A stretch of 64,000 nt of DNA, from positions 10,461-74,460 of the forward strand of contig CACILT010000005.1 in the NCBI GenBank assembly GCA_902587565.1, in the 5' to 3' direction. A program made the translations under genes and the position numbers. Position 1 is the first letter of the stretch. Each line of letters begins with the position of its first letter. Shown in pieces: positions 18,254 to 28,311 of this stretch. A model generated the notes under the pieces. That model ran no database searches. It had not been told where the DNA came from and worked only from the letters and a program-made list of their open reading frames with translations. Source of the stretch: an uncultured Alphaproteobacteria bacterium. GTDB lineage: Bacteria > Pseudomonadota > Alphaproteobacteria > HIMB59 > GCA-002718135.

Positions 18254-19485
18254 ATATTTGCTGTAACTTTATTAATATTTTTTCTTGGTAAATTATTTTT
18301 AGACCAAACTTTATCAAGAGCCTTAATCATTTTTTCGATATGCTCTTTTCTATGTTTTGGGGTAACAGTTATTCTTAGTCTTTCTGAACCTTTTGGTACA
18401 GTCGGGTAAAAAATTGGTTGTGCATAAATACCATGATCATCAATTAAATCTTTAGACACTTTTTTGCATAAAAAAGGATCATTAATTAATACTGCTACAA
18501 TATGAGAATTTGTATCCAAATAAGGGATTGCTAAGGAGTCTAAATTTTCTCTTATTAAAGATGCATTTTCTTTTATTCTTATTCTTAGTTGTTCTGCCAG
18601 AGAAACTATATCTATTGCTTTAGCTGCTCCTGCAGCAATTGATGGGCAGATTGAAGTTGTAAAAATAAAACCTGGAGCGAAACTTCTAATATAATCAATT
18701 ATTTCTGAACTAGCTGCAATATAACCTCCCATTTGACCATATGCTTTTGCTAAAGTTCCATTAATAATATCTATTTTATCTTCAACTCCCATCTCTACTG
18801 CAATACCTTTACCTTCTTTACCGTAAAGTCCAACTGAATGAACTTCATCCAGATATGTCATGCAGTTATATTTTTTTGCTAACTCTACAATTTTAACTAT
18901 AGGCGATCTTATACCTTCCATAGAGTATAAACTTTCAAAAACTATTAACTTAGGATTATCTATATTTGACTCTTTTAGTAACTGTTCTAAATGATCAATG
19001 TCATTGTGTTTAAATATATGACACTTAGCTCCACTATTCTTAATACCTTGTATTAAAGAGGCGTGATTTAATTCATCAGAAAATATCTCAATATCTTTAA
19101 TTTTTTTTCCTAAAGTCCATAAAGTAGATTGGTTTGCTGTATAAGCAGAAGCAAAAACTAATGCCGCCTCTTTATTATGAACATTTGCCAGTTTTTTTTC
19201 AAGTTCAGTATGATAGGTTGATGTACCAGAAATATTTCTTGTTCCACCTGAACCAGATCCATATTCGAGTAGTGTTTTTACAATTTCATTTACGACTTCT
19301 GGGTGCTGACTCATATTAAGATAGTCATTAGAGCACCAAACTTCAACTTCTCTTTCTTTATTTTTAAAACTTTCATCAGCATTTGGAAAACTTTTTATAG
19401 GTCTGTCTATGTTTCTAAAATCCCTATAAAGACCTTGTTCTTTAAGATTTTTTAATTCAGATTTAAAGAAGTTTTTATATTGCAT
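18250..19485 (-). CDS. hemA: 5-aminolevulinate synthase
   Basis: Alpha-oxoamine synthase fold with ALAS-specific N-terminal features ([38 protein letters not shown]). PLP-Lys region GTLAKAYG. 411 aa. Confidence 0.92.
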   Translation of the reverse strand: MQYKNFFKSELKNLKEQGLYRDFRNIDRPIKSFPNADESFKNKEREVEVWCSNDYLNMSQHPEVVNEIVKTLLEYGSGSGGTRNISGTSTYHTELEKKLANVHNKEAALVFASAYTANQSTLWTLGKKIKDIEIFSDELNHASLIQGIKNSGAKCHIFKHNDIDHLEQLLKESNIDNPKLIVFESLYSMEGIRSPIVKIVELAKKYNCMTYLDEVHSVGLYGKEGKGIAVEMGVEDKIDIINGTLAKAYGQMGGYIAASSEIIDYIRSFAPGFIFTTSICPSIAAGAAKAIDIVSLAEQLRIRIKENASLIRENLDSLAIPYLDTNSHIVAVLINDPFLCKKVSKDLIDDHGIYAQPIFYPTVPKGSERLRITVTPKHRKEHIEKMIKALDKVWSKNNLPRKNINKVTANI

Positions 19486-19540
19486 ATTTATTAGATATCT
19501 TAGACAATGTTTAATTGTAAGTGTTTAATTGAATGAATTG

Positions 19541-20119
19541 TCACACCTTATTTCTACTAAAAGACATTCTCTTCCAAACACCATATTTATCTTTAATTAT
19601 GAATCGATGATACAACGCTGCTGCAATATGAAGTGAAAAAAGAGCTGTTAATATAAGTGCTGAGTAATAATGTATAGCTAGAGCTTGAGGGTATAGAAAA
19701 AAGTTCTCTTCGATTAAAGGTGGTATTTTAATTAATCCCAAGAGATAAACATCCTCTCCTCCAAGCCATGTCATAAAGGTACCTTGAATAGGAATAAGAA
19801 TAACTAAACCATAAAGAACAAAATGGACTAAATTCGAAACCAATTTATGAAATAAAGGTATATTTTCATATTTAGGATGAGTGTTAAATATGTATTTCCA
19901 CATTAATCTAAGCACAACTAAACTAAAAACTAAGGTGCCAAAAAATTTATGAGTAATAATAAAACCCATTTTAAGAGGAGAAAATTCCATATTATGAAGG
20001 CTAATCCCTGTTGCAACTTGCCAAAAAAGCAGAAGTGCCAATGACCAATGAAAAAGTTTTGCAACTAAGCCCCAAGAAGATTTTGTACCTTTAAATTCAA
20101 TCATTACCAATTTTAACAT
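19541..20119 (-). CDS. Cytochrome b561 family protein
   Basis: 192 aa with four TM helices. Conserved His residues sit in TM helices (LFHWSLALLLF; ITHKFFGTL; ALAIHYYSAL; LHIAAALYH), typical of the CybB-like family. Confidence 0.8.
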   Translation of the reverse strand: MLKLVMIEFKGTKSSWGLVAKLFHWSLALLLFWQVATGISLHNMEFSPLKMGFIITHKFFGTLVFSLVVLRLMWKYIFNTHPKYENIPLFHKLVSNLVHFVLYGLVILIPIQGTFMTWLGGEDVYLLGLIKIPPLIEENFFLYPQALAIHYYSALILTALFSLHIAAALYHRFIIKDKYGVWKRMSFSRNKV

Positions 20120-20146
20120 ATAGTGCTATTTAAAATAATATAATCC

Positions 20147-21655
20147 ATGAAAATTAAAGTTTTATCGAGAAAAAGTGACTTGGCAATAATTCAAGCACGT
20201 GAATTTTCCGATTATTTGATTTCAAAACATCCTTTTGTAGAAATAGAATTTTTAACAAGAAGTACTTCAGGAGATAAAGATTTAAAAACACCTCTGTCTG
20301 AAATGCCAACTGAGGGAGTTTTTACCAATGATTTAAGGGATGAATTAATAAATAATAAATGTGATTTAATTGTTCACTCGTGGAAGGATCTTCCAATTGA
20401 AGTTGGTGATAAAACTAAAATAGCTGCAACATTAAAACGAGCCGACAAAAGAGATATATTATTTTTAAAAAAAAATAAAAAAATGGATAGTAAGAAAATT
20501 ACTATTCTTTGTTCATCACCAAGAAGACAATATAATTTAAAAAATTTTATTAAAAATTATATTCCACAAAAGTTTGATGAAGTTTGCTTTGAAAATATCA
20601 GAGGTAACATACCCACTAGATTTAAAAAATTTTTGGAAAACCCTGACAGTGATGGTTTTATTGTTGCTAAAGCAGCAATTGATAGATTACTTTTGAATAA
20701 TTATTCTGAATTCAATGAATTAAAAATAACTCTAAAAAAATATATTAACGAATGTCTATGGTCTGTTTTACCATTGTCTATAAACCCTTGTTCTCCTGGA
20801 CAAGGAGCTCTAGCGATTGAAACAAGAATTAAAGATAATAAACTTAACGAAATTTTAAATGAAATTAATATTTCCAAAGATTATTCCAATGTTATTCAAG
20901 AAAGAAAAATTTTAAAAAATTATGGAGGAGGATGTCACCAAAAAATAGGAGTATCTTACATCTCACATAAATTAGGATTAGTTGTATCTAAAAGAGGTGA
21001 AGATGAAAATGGTAATCATTTTGAGAGCTGGGATTTTATCGATCCAAAAGATATAGGTTTTTCTAGTAATACAACAGATGAAATTTATCCTGAAAATTTA
21101 AAAAATTATAAAATATTTTCTAGAAAACAATTAAATGAAAATGTTGATGATATAAATAATTTACAAAATAAATGTATTTATGTTTCACGAATTAGCTCAA
21201 TCCCGGATAATTCAAATATCCAATCAAATAATGTTATTTGGACTAGTGGTTTAAGAACATGGAAAAATTTATCTGAAAGAGGTATTTGGGTTAATGGAAC
21301 TTCAGATGGTTTGGGTGAGGATTTTGATAAAGATATTAATTCACTTACAAATAATCCTTGGGTTAAGTTAACTCATTCTCAATCTCCTGAAAGTTCGATA
21401 AAAAATAAAATTGAAACGTATCAATTGGAGTCTATTGATTTTGAAATAGATATAGAAAAGAAAAAGTACTTTTATTGGATGAGCAGTTCAGCTTTTAAGG
21501 CGAGTATTGATAAATATCCTAAAATTATAGAAAAATATCATTTTTGTGGCCCAGGAAATACTTACAATGAGATTAGCAAAATATTAGGTAATGATAAAAA
21601 TCTTTTTGTTGAGCTATCTTATGATAGTTGGAAGAAAAAATTACTAAAAGCCTAA
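20147..21655 (+). CDS. hemC: Hydroxymethylbilane synthase with ~200-aa C-terminal extension (HemD-like, tentative)
   Basis: Residues 1-~295 align to HemC (SRKSDLAIIQA, SGDKD, VHSWKDLP, SSPRRQ, RGNIPTRF, PGQGALAIE, cofactor Cys in GGGCHQKIGV). Typical HemC is ~310 aa; this protein is 502 aa. Confidence 0.85.
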   Translation: MKIKVLSRKSDLAIIQAREFSDYLISKHPFVEIEFLTRSTSGDKDLKTPLSEMPTEGVFTNDLRDELINNKCDLIVHSWKDLPIEVGDKTKIAATLKRADKRDILFLKKNKKMDSKKITILCSSPRRQYNLKNFIKNYIPQKFDEVCFENIRGNIPTRFKKFLENPDSDGFIVAKAAIDRLLLNNYSEFNELKITLKKYINECLWSVLPLSINPCSPGQGALAIETRIKDNKLNEILNEINISKDYSNVIQERKILKNYGGGCHQKIGVSYISHKLGLVVSKRGEDENGNHFESWDFIDPKDIGFSSNTTDEIYPENLKNYKIFSRKQLNENVDDINNLQNKCIYVSRISSIPDNSNIQSNNVIWTSGLRTWKNLSERGIWVNGTSDGLGEDFDKDINSLTNNPWVKLTHSQSPESSIKNKIETYQLESIDFEIDIEKKKYFYWMSSSAFKASIDKYPKIIEKYHFCGPGNTYNEISKILGNDKNLFVELSYDSWKKKLLKA

Positions 21656-21657
21656 AA

Positions 21658-22656
21658 ATGACAAATATTTTATTCCAAAATGCTCTCAAAAGAAATATTC
21701 AAAAAACACCACCCATTTGGTTCATGAGACAGGCTGGAAGGTACCATTCGCATTATCGTAAGCTCAAAGAAAAATATACTTTTGAAGAACTTTGTAAAAC
21801 TCCGGATCTAGCCGCAGAAGTCGCTTTTGGTCCAATACAAGAGTTTGATTACGATATTGCAATTTTATTTAGTGATATTTTATTTGTATTAGAGGGGTTA
21901 GGCTTAGAATTAAAGTTTGACCCAGGGCCTAAATTTAATTCTTTTATAAATTCAAAAAACATTAATGATTATAGTAATATTGATCGCGGAATTGAGCATA
22001 TGCAATTTCAATTTGAAGCAATTAAAATAACAAAAGAGAAATTGCCAAATAATAAAAGTTTAATTGGATTTGTTGGTGGACCTTGGACATTATCAAAATA
22101 TGCATTTGGAAATAATAACTCTGATTTAATAGAAACTAAAATGAATTTAGAATTTATTTCAAAAATTCTTTTACCCCTTTTAAAGAAAAATATTCAATTA
22201 CAATTAGATGCAGGTGTTGAACTTGTCATGGTTTTCGATAGCTCTTTGTATGATTTAGATAAAATAAATTTTCATGAAATTTATTCAAAATTTTTGCAAG
22301 AGATTGCAATTTCTTTTCCAAACAAAGTTGGCTATTATTCAAGAGGTAAGAGTTTAACAGATCTAAATTCTACCATCAATTATCCCTTTGCTGGTTTTGG
22401 TTATGATCACACAATAGATCTAACATCTATGTTTGAAAAGCAAAAGCATGGTTTTATTCAGGGAAATTTCAATGAACTATTAATGTTAAGTGAAACAGAT
22501 ACATTTCTTAAAGATTTAAAAGATTTTATTGAAAAAATGAAATCGATTGAAAATCTTAATGGCTGGATTTGCGGCCTTGGACATGGAATTAACAAAAATA
22601 CTCCAGAAAAAAATGTTCATTTATTTATAGAAAATATCAGAAAAGAATTTAGCTAA
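21658..22656 (+). CDS. hemE: Uroporphyrinogen decarboxylase
   Basis: PPIWFMRQAGRY motif near the N-terminus. I prefer the ATG at 21658 (MTNILFQ), 2 nt after the hemC stop, over the track start at 21628. Confidence 0.92.
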   Translation: MTNILFQNALKRNIQKTPPIWFMRQAGRYHSHYRKLKEKYTFEELCKTPDLAAEVAFGPIQEFDYDIAILFSDILFVLEGLGLELKFDPGPKFNSFINSKNINDYSNIDRGIEHMQFQFEAIKITKEKLPNNKSLIGFVGGPWTLSKYAFGNNNSDLIETKMNLEFISKILLPLLKKNIQLQLDAGVELVMVFDSSLYDLDKINFHEIYSKFLQEIAISFPNKVGYYSRGKSLTDLNSTINYPFAGFGYDHTIDLTSMFEKQKHGFIQGNFNELLMLSETDTFLKDLKDFIEKMKSIENLNGWICGLGHGINKNTPEKNVHLFIENIRKEFS

Positions 22657-22661
22657 TAGAT

Positions 22662-23687
22662 ATGGTAAAATATATAGGTGAAAAAGATTATGAGCACGGG
22701 AGTAAAGAAAAAATTGGTGTTTTAATTACTAACTTAGGGACTCCAGACGCTCCAAATAAAAAAGAACTAAAAGTTTATCTTAATCAATTTTTATCAGATC
22801 CTAGAGTAATCGAATTACCTAAAATCTTATGGCAAATTTTATTGAAGCTAGTAATTTTGCAGATAAGACCATCAAAGTCAGCAGAAGCATACAAACAAAT
22901 TTGGACTGATAAAGGTTCTCCACTTTTAGATATTGCGAACAGACAATTGAATAAAATTCAATCATCTTTTTCTTCAAAAAATGAAAATATAGTTTTTGAA
23001 GTTGGTATGCGTTATGGCAATCCATCTATCCCAGATGCTTTGTTAAAACTTCAAAAAAAACAAGTAAGAAGATTATTAGTCTTACCAATGTATCCGCAAT
23101 ATTGTGCTGCAACAACAGGAAGTACATTTGATGAGGTAACAAATGTATTGCAAAAATGGCGTTGGATACCTGAAATGCGTTTTATCAATCAATACTTTGA
23201 AGAAAAAGATTATATTGATGCATTGTCAAATTCTATAAAGTCATTTTGGAAAAAAAATCCTAAGCCACAAAAAATTATTTTTAGTTATCATGGTATACCA
23301 AAACGATACTTGACTAATGGTGATCCGTATCATTGCTTTTGTATTAAAACCACAAGACTGGTCAAAGAACATATGGGGTTATCTGATGATGAGATAATGA
23401 CTACTTTTCAAAGTAGATTTGGCAGGGAAGAATGGTTAAAGCCATATACAAGTGAAACTTTGAAAGAACTACCAAAACAAGGTATTAAAAATATACATAT
23501 AATATCTCCTGGTTTCAGTAGTGATTGTCTTGAAACACTTGAAGAACTTGAAGAAGAAAATAAAGAATATTTTATGGAGTCAGGTGGAGAAAATTACCAT
23601 TATATACCTTGCTTGAATGATCACGATGATCACATAGACGTTTTTGTAAATCTGATAAAAAAACATATTCAAGGTTGGCCATTATGA
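22662..23687 (+). CDS. hemH: Ferrochelatase
   Basis: GVLITNLGTPDAP, LPMYPQYCAATTGS, FSYHGIP and the SPGFSSDCLETLEELE motifs. Confidence 0.92.
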   Translation: MVKYIGEKDYEHGSKEKIGVLITNLGTPDAPNKKELKVYLNQFLSDPRVIELPKILWQILLKLVILQIRPSKSAEAYKQIWTDKGSPLLDIANRQLNKIQSSFSSKNENIVFEVGMRYGNPSIPDALLKLQKKQVRRLLVLPMYPQYCAATTGSTFDEVTNVLQKWRWIPEMRFINQYFEEKDYIDALSNSIKSFWKKNPKPQKIIFSYHGIPKRYLTNGDPYHCFCIKTTRLVKEHMGLSDDEIMTTFQSRFGREEWLKPYTSETLKELPKQGIKNIHIISPGFSSDCLETLEELEEENKEYFMESGGENYHYIPCLNDHDDHIDVFVNLIKKHIQGWPL

Positions 23688-24493
23688 TTGCTGATCCCAA
23701 ATTTAATACTGCAAAAGAATGGTTTGAAAAATTAAGAGATAACTTAGTTGAAACTATTCAAAGTATTGATGAAAAACAATTTGAAATAAGTTACTGGGAT
23801 CACAAAGGTGATGGTGGTGGTAAAATGAGTAAAATTAAAGGTAATATTATTGAAAAAGGTGGAGTAAACATTTCTACCGTCGCCGGTACATTTAATGAAA
23901 ATATGAGAGAAGTCATTCCAGGTGCTAAAGAAGATCCAAATTATAATGCAACTGGTATTAGTGTTGTTTTACACCCTGTATCACCAAAAATTCCTTCTAT
24001 GCATTTTAATACAAGATTTATTAAAACCACTCAGGAATGGTTTGGCGGAGGTATGGATATTACACCTTGTTTAATATTCGAGGATGAGGAAAAATATCAT
24101 CGTGGTTTAGAAGTTTTATGTAATAAATATGATACATCTTATTATCCTAAATTTAAAAAATGGTGTGATGACTATTTTTTTCTTAAACACAGAAACGAAC
24201 CAAGAGGTGTTGGAGGAATATTTTTTGATTACCTTCAAACTGGTGATTGGGGAAAAGATTTTGAATTTGTACAAGCCGTAGGTATTTATTTTCACCAGTT
24301 TATCAAAAATACTTTAATTTCACTAAAGGATAAGGAGTGGAATGAAGAAGAAAAAAAGATACAATTAATTAAGCGTAGTCGCTATGCTGAATTTAATTTA
24401 CTATATGATAGAGGTACAAAATTTGGTCTGGAGACTGGTGGGAATGTTGATGCTATATTAATGTCAATGCCTCCGCTCGCAGTATGGGAATAA
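23684..24493 (+). CDS. hemF: Oxygen-dependent coproporphyrinogen-III oxidase
   Basis: EKGGVNIS, SMHFNTRF, WFGGGMDITP, RGVGGIFFD and FNLLYDRGTKFGL motifs. The ATG at 23684 overlaps the hemH stop (ATGA). Confidence 0.92.
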   Translation: MIADPKFNTAKEWFEKLRDNLVETIQSIDEKQFEISYWDHKGDGGGKMSKIKGNIIEKGGVNISTVAGTFNENMREVIPGAKEDPNYNATGISVVLHPVSPKIPSMHFNTRFIKTTQEWFGGGMDITPCLIFEDEEKYHRGLEVLCNKYDTSYYPKFKKWCDDYFFLKHRNEPRGVGGIFFDYLQTGDWGKDFEFVQAVGIYFHQFIKNTLISLKDKEWNEEEKKIQLIKRSRYAEFNLLYDRGTKFGLETGGNVDAILMSMPPLAVWE

Positions 24494-24496
24494 ATC

Positions 24497-24916
24497 ATGT
24501 TATTTAATACTTTAAAAGTTGTTCATATTTTTAGCATCATAGCTTGGATGGCTGGGCTTTTGTATTTGCCACGTTTGTTTGTAAATCATGCTAATCCAGA
24601 AATTACGAAAGAAACCTCAGAAACATTTAAACTAATGGAAGGAAAATTATACAGAATAATAATGTTTCCAGCTTTTATAGTAACGTGGATATCGGGTTTT
24701 ACACTTACACATTATGTGGGTATTGATACTTGGTTGTTTTTAAAAATTTTATTCGTAGTTTTATTATCTGGCTATCATTTTTTTTGTTTAAAATGTCTTA
24801 ATGATTTTAAAAACGATAAAAATAAATACTCCACTAAATTTTTTAGAATAACAAATGAGATGCCAGCAGTAATATTAATTTTTATACTTATACTTGTTGT
24901 ATTTCAGCCTTTTTAA
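24497..24916 (+). CDS. hemJ: Protoporphyrinogen IX oxidase, HemJ type
   Basis: 139 aa, 4 TM. KVVHIFSIIAWMAGLLYLPRLFVNH matches the HemJ (UPF0093) signature. It is the last gene of the heme operon. Confidence 0.8.
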   Translation: MLFNTLKVVHIFSIIAWMAGLLYLPRLFVNHANPEITKETSETFKLMEGKLYRIIMFPAFIVTWISGFTLTHYVGIDTWLFLKILFVVLLSGYHFFCLKCLNDFKNDKNKYSTKFFRITNEMPAVILIFILILVVFQPF

Positions 24917-24919
24917 TTA

Positions 24920-25570
24920 CTACTTTTTTGTTTTGATAGGTTTTTTTCTCTTTGGATTGCAAACTTTGCATATTTCACACTCTAACCCATAGCAACTTCT
25001 TGCCTGACAAAATTCTCTTCCATAAAATATTATTTGTAAATGAAGTTTGTTCCAAGATTTTTTTGGAAAAAGATATTTTAAATCTTTTTCTGTTTGAACA
25101 ACATTTTTACCATTTGTTAAACCCCAACGTTGAGCTAAACGATGAATGTGTGTATCAACTGGAAATGCTGCATGACCAAATCCTTGAGACATAACAACAC
25201 TGGCTGTTTTGTGACCAACACCTGGCAATTTTTCTAATTCCTCAAAACTTTCTGGAACATTGCCTTTAAATTTTTTTACAAGAATTCTTGATAGTTCAAA
25301 AATTGCTTTTGATTTTTGAGGTGCTAAACCACAAGGTCGAATAATATTATAAATTGTTTTTTTTGGCACTTTTATCATTTTTATAGCTGTGTTTGCTTTT
25401 TTAAATAGTATTGGTGTAACTTGATTAACTCTTTCATCTGTACATTGAGCACTAAGAAGTACAGCTACAACTAATTCAAATTTATTTTTGTGGTTAAGAG
25501 GAATAGGTACTTTTCTGTATATGCGATTTAGTATTCTTGAGATCTCTTGTGCCTTCTCTATTTTTTTCAC
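24920..25570 (-). CDS. nth: Endonuclease III
   Basis: HhH-GPD motif LPGVGHKTASVVM, VDTHIHRL, and a C-terminal Cys cluster CQARSCYGLECEICKVC. Confidence 0.9.
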   Translation of the reverse strand: MKKIEKAQEISRILNRIYRKVPIPLNHKNKFELVVAVLLSAQCTDERVNQVTPILFKKANTAIKMIKVPKKTIYNIIRPCGLAPQKSKAIFELSRILVKKFKGNVPESFEELEKLPGVGHKTASVVMSQGFGHAAFPVDTHIHRLAQRWGLTNGKNVVQTEKDLKYLFPKKSWNKLHLQIIFYGREFCQARSCYGLECEICKVCNPKRKKPIKTKK

Positions 25571-25712
25571 TATATCAAGCCTCCTCCAAGCTGTAAGTCT
25601 AAATTAATTCTAATAATTATGACAAAATATAGCACTTATTAATACTAATAATATTGAATATTTCCATTGAAGTAGTATGGGTCTACCATCAAATTTCTAT
25701 GGAGGAAATAAT

Positions 25713-27287
25713 ATGAAAAAGACTTTAAGCATTGTTTTGTCTTTGCTTTTCATGGGTATTTTCTCACCAGCATTTGCAAATACTATTAAATGGTCAATGC
25801 CTGGTGACTCTTTAACTCTTGATCCGCATGCACAAAACGAAGGACCAACTCACATGGTTTCGCGTCAAGTATATGAAGGTTTAGTAACTCCAGGTATTAA
25901 TATGGAAATACTACCTCAGCTTGCTGAATCATGGAAAACAACTGCTGATGACACTTGGATATTTACAATTCGTAAGGGTGTAAAATTTCATGATGGATCA
26001 GATTTAACAGCTAGTGATATTGCTTTTAGTATCAATAGAGCAAAAACTGCCCCATCTGATATGGTAGATTTAATTAAAAGTATTAAATCAGCATCAGCAT
26101 TAACTGATCACACAGTTCAGATTGTAACAGATGGACCAAATCCAATTCTTTTAAATCAATTAACTCAGATATTTGTTATGTCTGAAGATTGGGCAAAAGC
26201 AAATGGTTGTGAAGTTTCATACAATTGGGATGCAGGTGAAACATCTTATTGTGCGTCTAATGCAAACGGAACTGGACCTTTCAAAATTACTTTTAGAGAA
26301 CAGGACGTAAGAACTGTTTTTGAAAAAAATAATGACTGGTGGGGCGATGATAGTACTTTTAATGTAGATACTATTGAATTACTTCCAATTGCTAATGATG
26401 CAACAAGAGTTGCAGCACTTCTATCTGGAGAAATTGACTACACAAACGTTGTTCCTGTTCAAGATATTGAGAGAATCAAATCTTCTGCTGGACATGGTGT
26501 AAAAATGACTCCTCAAAATAGAACAATATTTTTTGGAATGGATCAAGGTTCTACTGAATTAAATTCATCTAATATCAAAGGTAAAAATCCTTTTGCAGAT
26601 AAAAGAGTTCGTTTAGCTATGTACCATGCTTTAGATATGGAAGCTATTAAGGATAAGGTAATGAGAGGACAAAGTGTTCCTGCAGGAATTATCACTGCTC
26701 CTGGTGTAAACGGTCATACAGCTGCACGTGATGAAAGATTACCTTATGATCCAGAGCTATCAAAAAAACTATTAGCAGAAGCTGGTTATCCAGATGGATT
26801 TGAGGTTACACTAGATTGTCCAAATGATCGTTATATTAATGATGAAGCAATCTGTGTTGCTGCAATTGGTATGTTTGCTAAAATTGGAGTTGATGTAACT
26901 CTTGATGCAAAAACTAAAAGTCAACACTTCTCAGAAGTTAAAGAAGGTGACGCAAACGGTATGACAAGTGACATGTACATGTTAGGTTGGGGTGTTCCAA
27001 CTTTTGATAGTCATTACGTATACTCATACTTATTTGATAGTGCTGGTAGCTGGAATAAAGTTAATTTCAGTAATGCTAGAGTTGATGAGTTAGTAGCGGC
27101 AATGGGTGTTGAAACAGATCAAGATAAAAGAAATGCTATGATTGCTGAAGCTTGGGATATTACTCAAGATGATGTAACATATCTTCCTTTACATCACCAA
27201 GTTGTCAACCAAGCATCAAAAAGTAATGTCGATGTTCCAATTAGAATGAACAACGAGCCATTATTTAGATTTGCAAACGTAAACTAA
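25713..27287 (+). CDS. ABC transporter substrate-binding protein, family 5 (peptide/opine/nickel type)
   Basis: The ATG at 25713 is preceded by GGAGG (25701-25705). Signal peptide MKKTLSIVLSLLFMGIFSPAFA. Family-5 SBP features are present (LVTPG...LAESW, KFHDGS.LTA.D). Confidence 0.88.
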   Translation: MKKTLSIVLSLLFMGIFSPAFANTIKWSMPGDSLTLDPHAQNEGPTHMVSRQVYEGLVTPGINMEILPQLAESWKTTADDTWIFTIRKGVKFHDGSDLTASDIAFSINRAKTAPSDMVDLIKSIKSASALTDHTVQIVTDGPNPILLNQLTQIFVMSEDWAKANGCEVSYNWDAGETSYCASNANGTGPFKITFREQDVRTVFEKNNDWWGDDSTFNVDTIELLPIANDATRVAALLSGEIDYTNVVPVQDIERIKSSAGHGVKMTPQNRTIFFGMDQGSTELNSSNIKGKNPFADKRVRLAMYHALDMEAIKDKVMRGQSVPAGIITAPGVNGHTAARDERLPYDPELSKKLLAEAGYPDGFEVTLDCPNDRYINDEAICVAAIGMFAKIGVDVTLDAKTKSQHFSEVKEGDANGMTSDMYMLGWGVPTFDSHYVYSYLFDSAGSWNKVNFSNARVDELVAAMGVETDQDKRNAMIAEAWDITQDDVTYLPLHHQVVNQASKSNVDVPIRMNNEPLFRFANVN

Positions 27288-27300
27288 TAAATTTTATATT

Positions 27301-27324
27301 TTCTGGCCAGTAATCTGGCCAGAA
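27301..27324 (+). promoter_or_regulatory. Intercistronic stem-loop after SBP gene (no U-tract)
   Basis: ttctggccag taat ctggccagaa: a perfect 10-bp stem with a 4-nt loop, in the 45-nt gap between the SBP and the first permease. Confidence 0.45.
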
Positions 27325-27332
27325 ATTAAACC

Positions 27333-28310
27333 ATGTTTAGCTATTTCTTTAAAAGACTCTTTCAATCTATTCTTGTAATGATTGTTGTAGCTTTTGTTTC
27401 ATTTTCCTTATTTAATTTTGTTGGTGATCCAGTAAATAGTATGACTGGGGAAGATGCTTCAGATGAAAGACGTGCTGAGGTTAGAGAGGTATTGGGTTTA
27501 AATGATCCTGTTTACATTCAATTTTCACGTTTTATAGGCAATGTAATTCAAGGTGATTTTGGAATATCATACCAATTAAAAAGAGAAGTTTCAGACTTAA
27601 TTGCAGAAAGAATGCCTGCAACTTTAGAATTAGTTTTCGTCTCCGCTTTAATTGCAATCATCAGCGGTGTTATCTTGGGTGTATATACAGGAATTCATAG
27701 AGACAGTTTTATTTCTAATATTATTCTTGTGATTTCTCTAGCAGGGGTATCACTGCCAACATTTATTATAGGAATAATGTTAATTTATTTGTTTTCAGTA
27801 ATTTTAGGAGTTCTTCCATCCTTTGGAAGAGGTGAAGTCACACAATTAGGTTTTTGGACTACAGGATTTTTAACTACTTCTGGTTTAAAAGCACTGATAC
27901 TCCCATCTGTTACGTTAAGTTTATTTCAAATGACTTATGTTATTAGATTAGTTCGAGCTGAAATGATGGAAATTTTACAAACAGATTATATTAAATTTGC
28001 AAAAGCAAGAGGTATAAAAAGGCGTGTTATTAATTATAAGCATGCGCTCAAAAATGGATTAATTCCAGTTATTACAATTACAGGTATCAACATCGGAACA
28101 TTAATTGCTTTTTCAATTATTACAGAAACAGTTTTTCAATGGCCAGGCATGGGGTCATTATTTATCAAAGCAGTATACTTTGTCGATATTCCTATAATGT
28201 CAGCATATATGATCATGGTAGCTTTTATATTTGTTATGATAAATTTTATTGTAGACATCACATACTATTTTATTGATCCTAGAATTAGGTTGAAGGAAGA
28301 GGGTAGTTAA
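27333..28310 (+). CDS. ABC transporter permease (DppB/OppB-like)
   Basis: 325 aa, 6 TM. N-terminal FVGDPV motif and an EAA-like loop (DYIKFAKARGIKRRVI). Confidence 0.9.
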   Translation: MFSYFFKRLFQSILVMIVVAFVSFSLFNFVGDPVNSMTGEDASDERRAEVREVLGLNDPVYIQFSRFIGNVIQGDFGISYQLKREVSDLIAERMPATLELVFVSALIAIISGVILGVYTGIHRDSFISNIILVISLAGVSLPTFIIGIMLIYLFSVILGVLPSFGRGEVTQLGFWTTGFLTTSGLKALILPSVTLSLFQMTYVIRLVRAEMMEILQTDYIKFAKARGIKRRVINYKHALKNGLIPVITITGINIGTLIAFSIITETVFQWPGMGSLFIKAVYFVDIPIMSAYMIMVAFIFVMINFIVDITYYFIDPRIRLKEEGS

Positions 28311-28311
28311 G

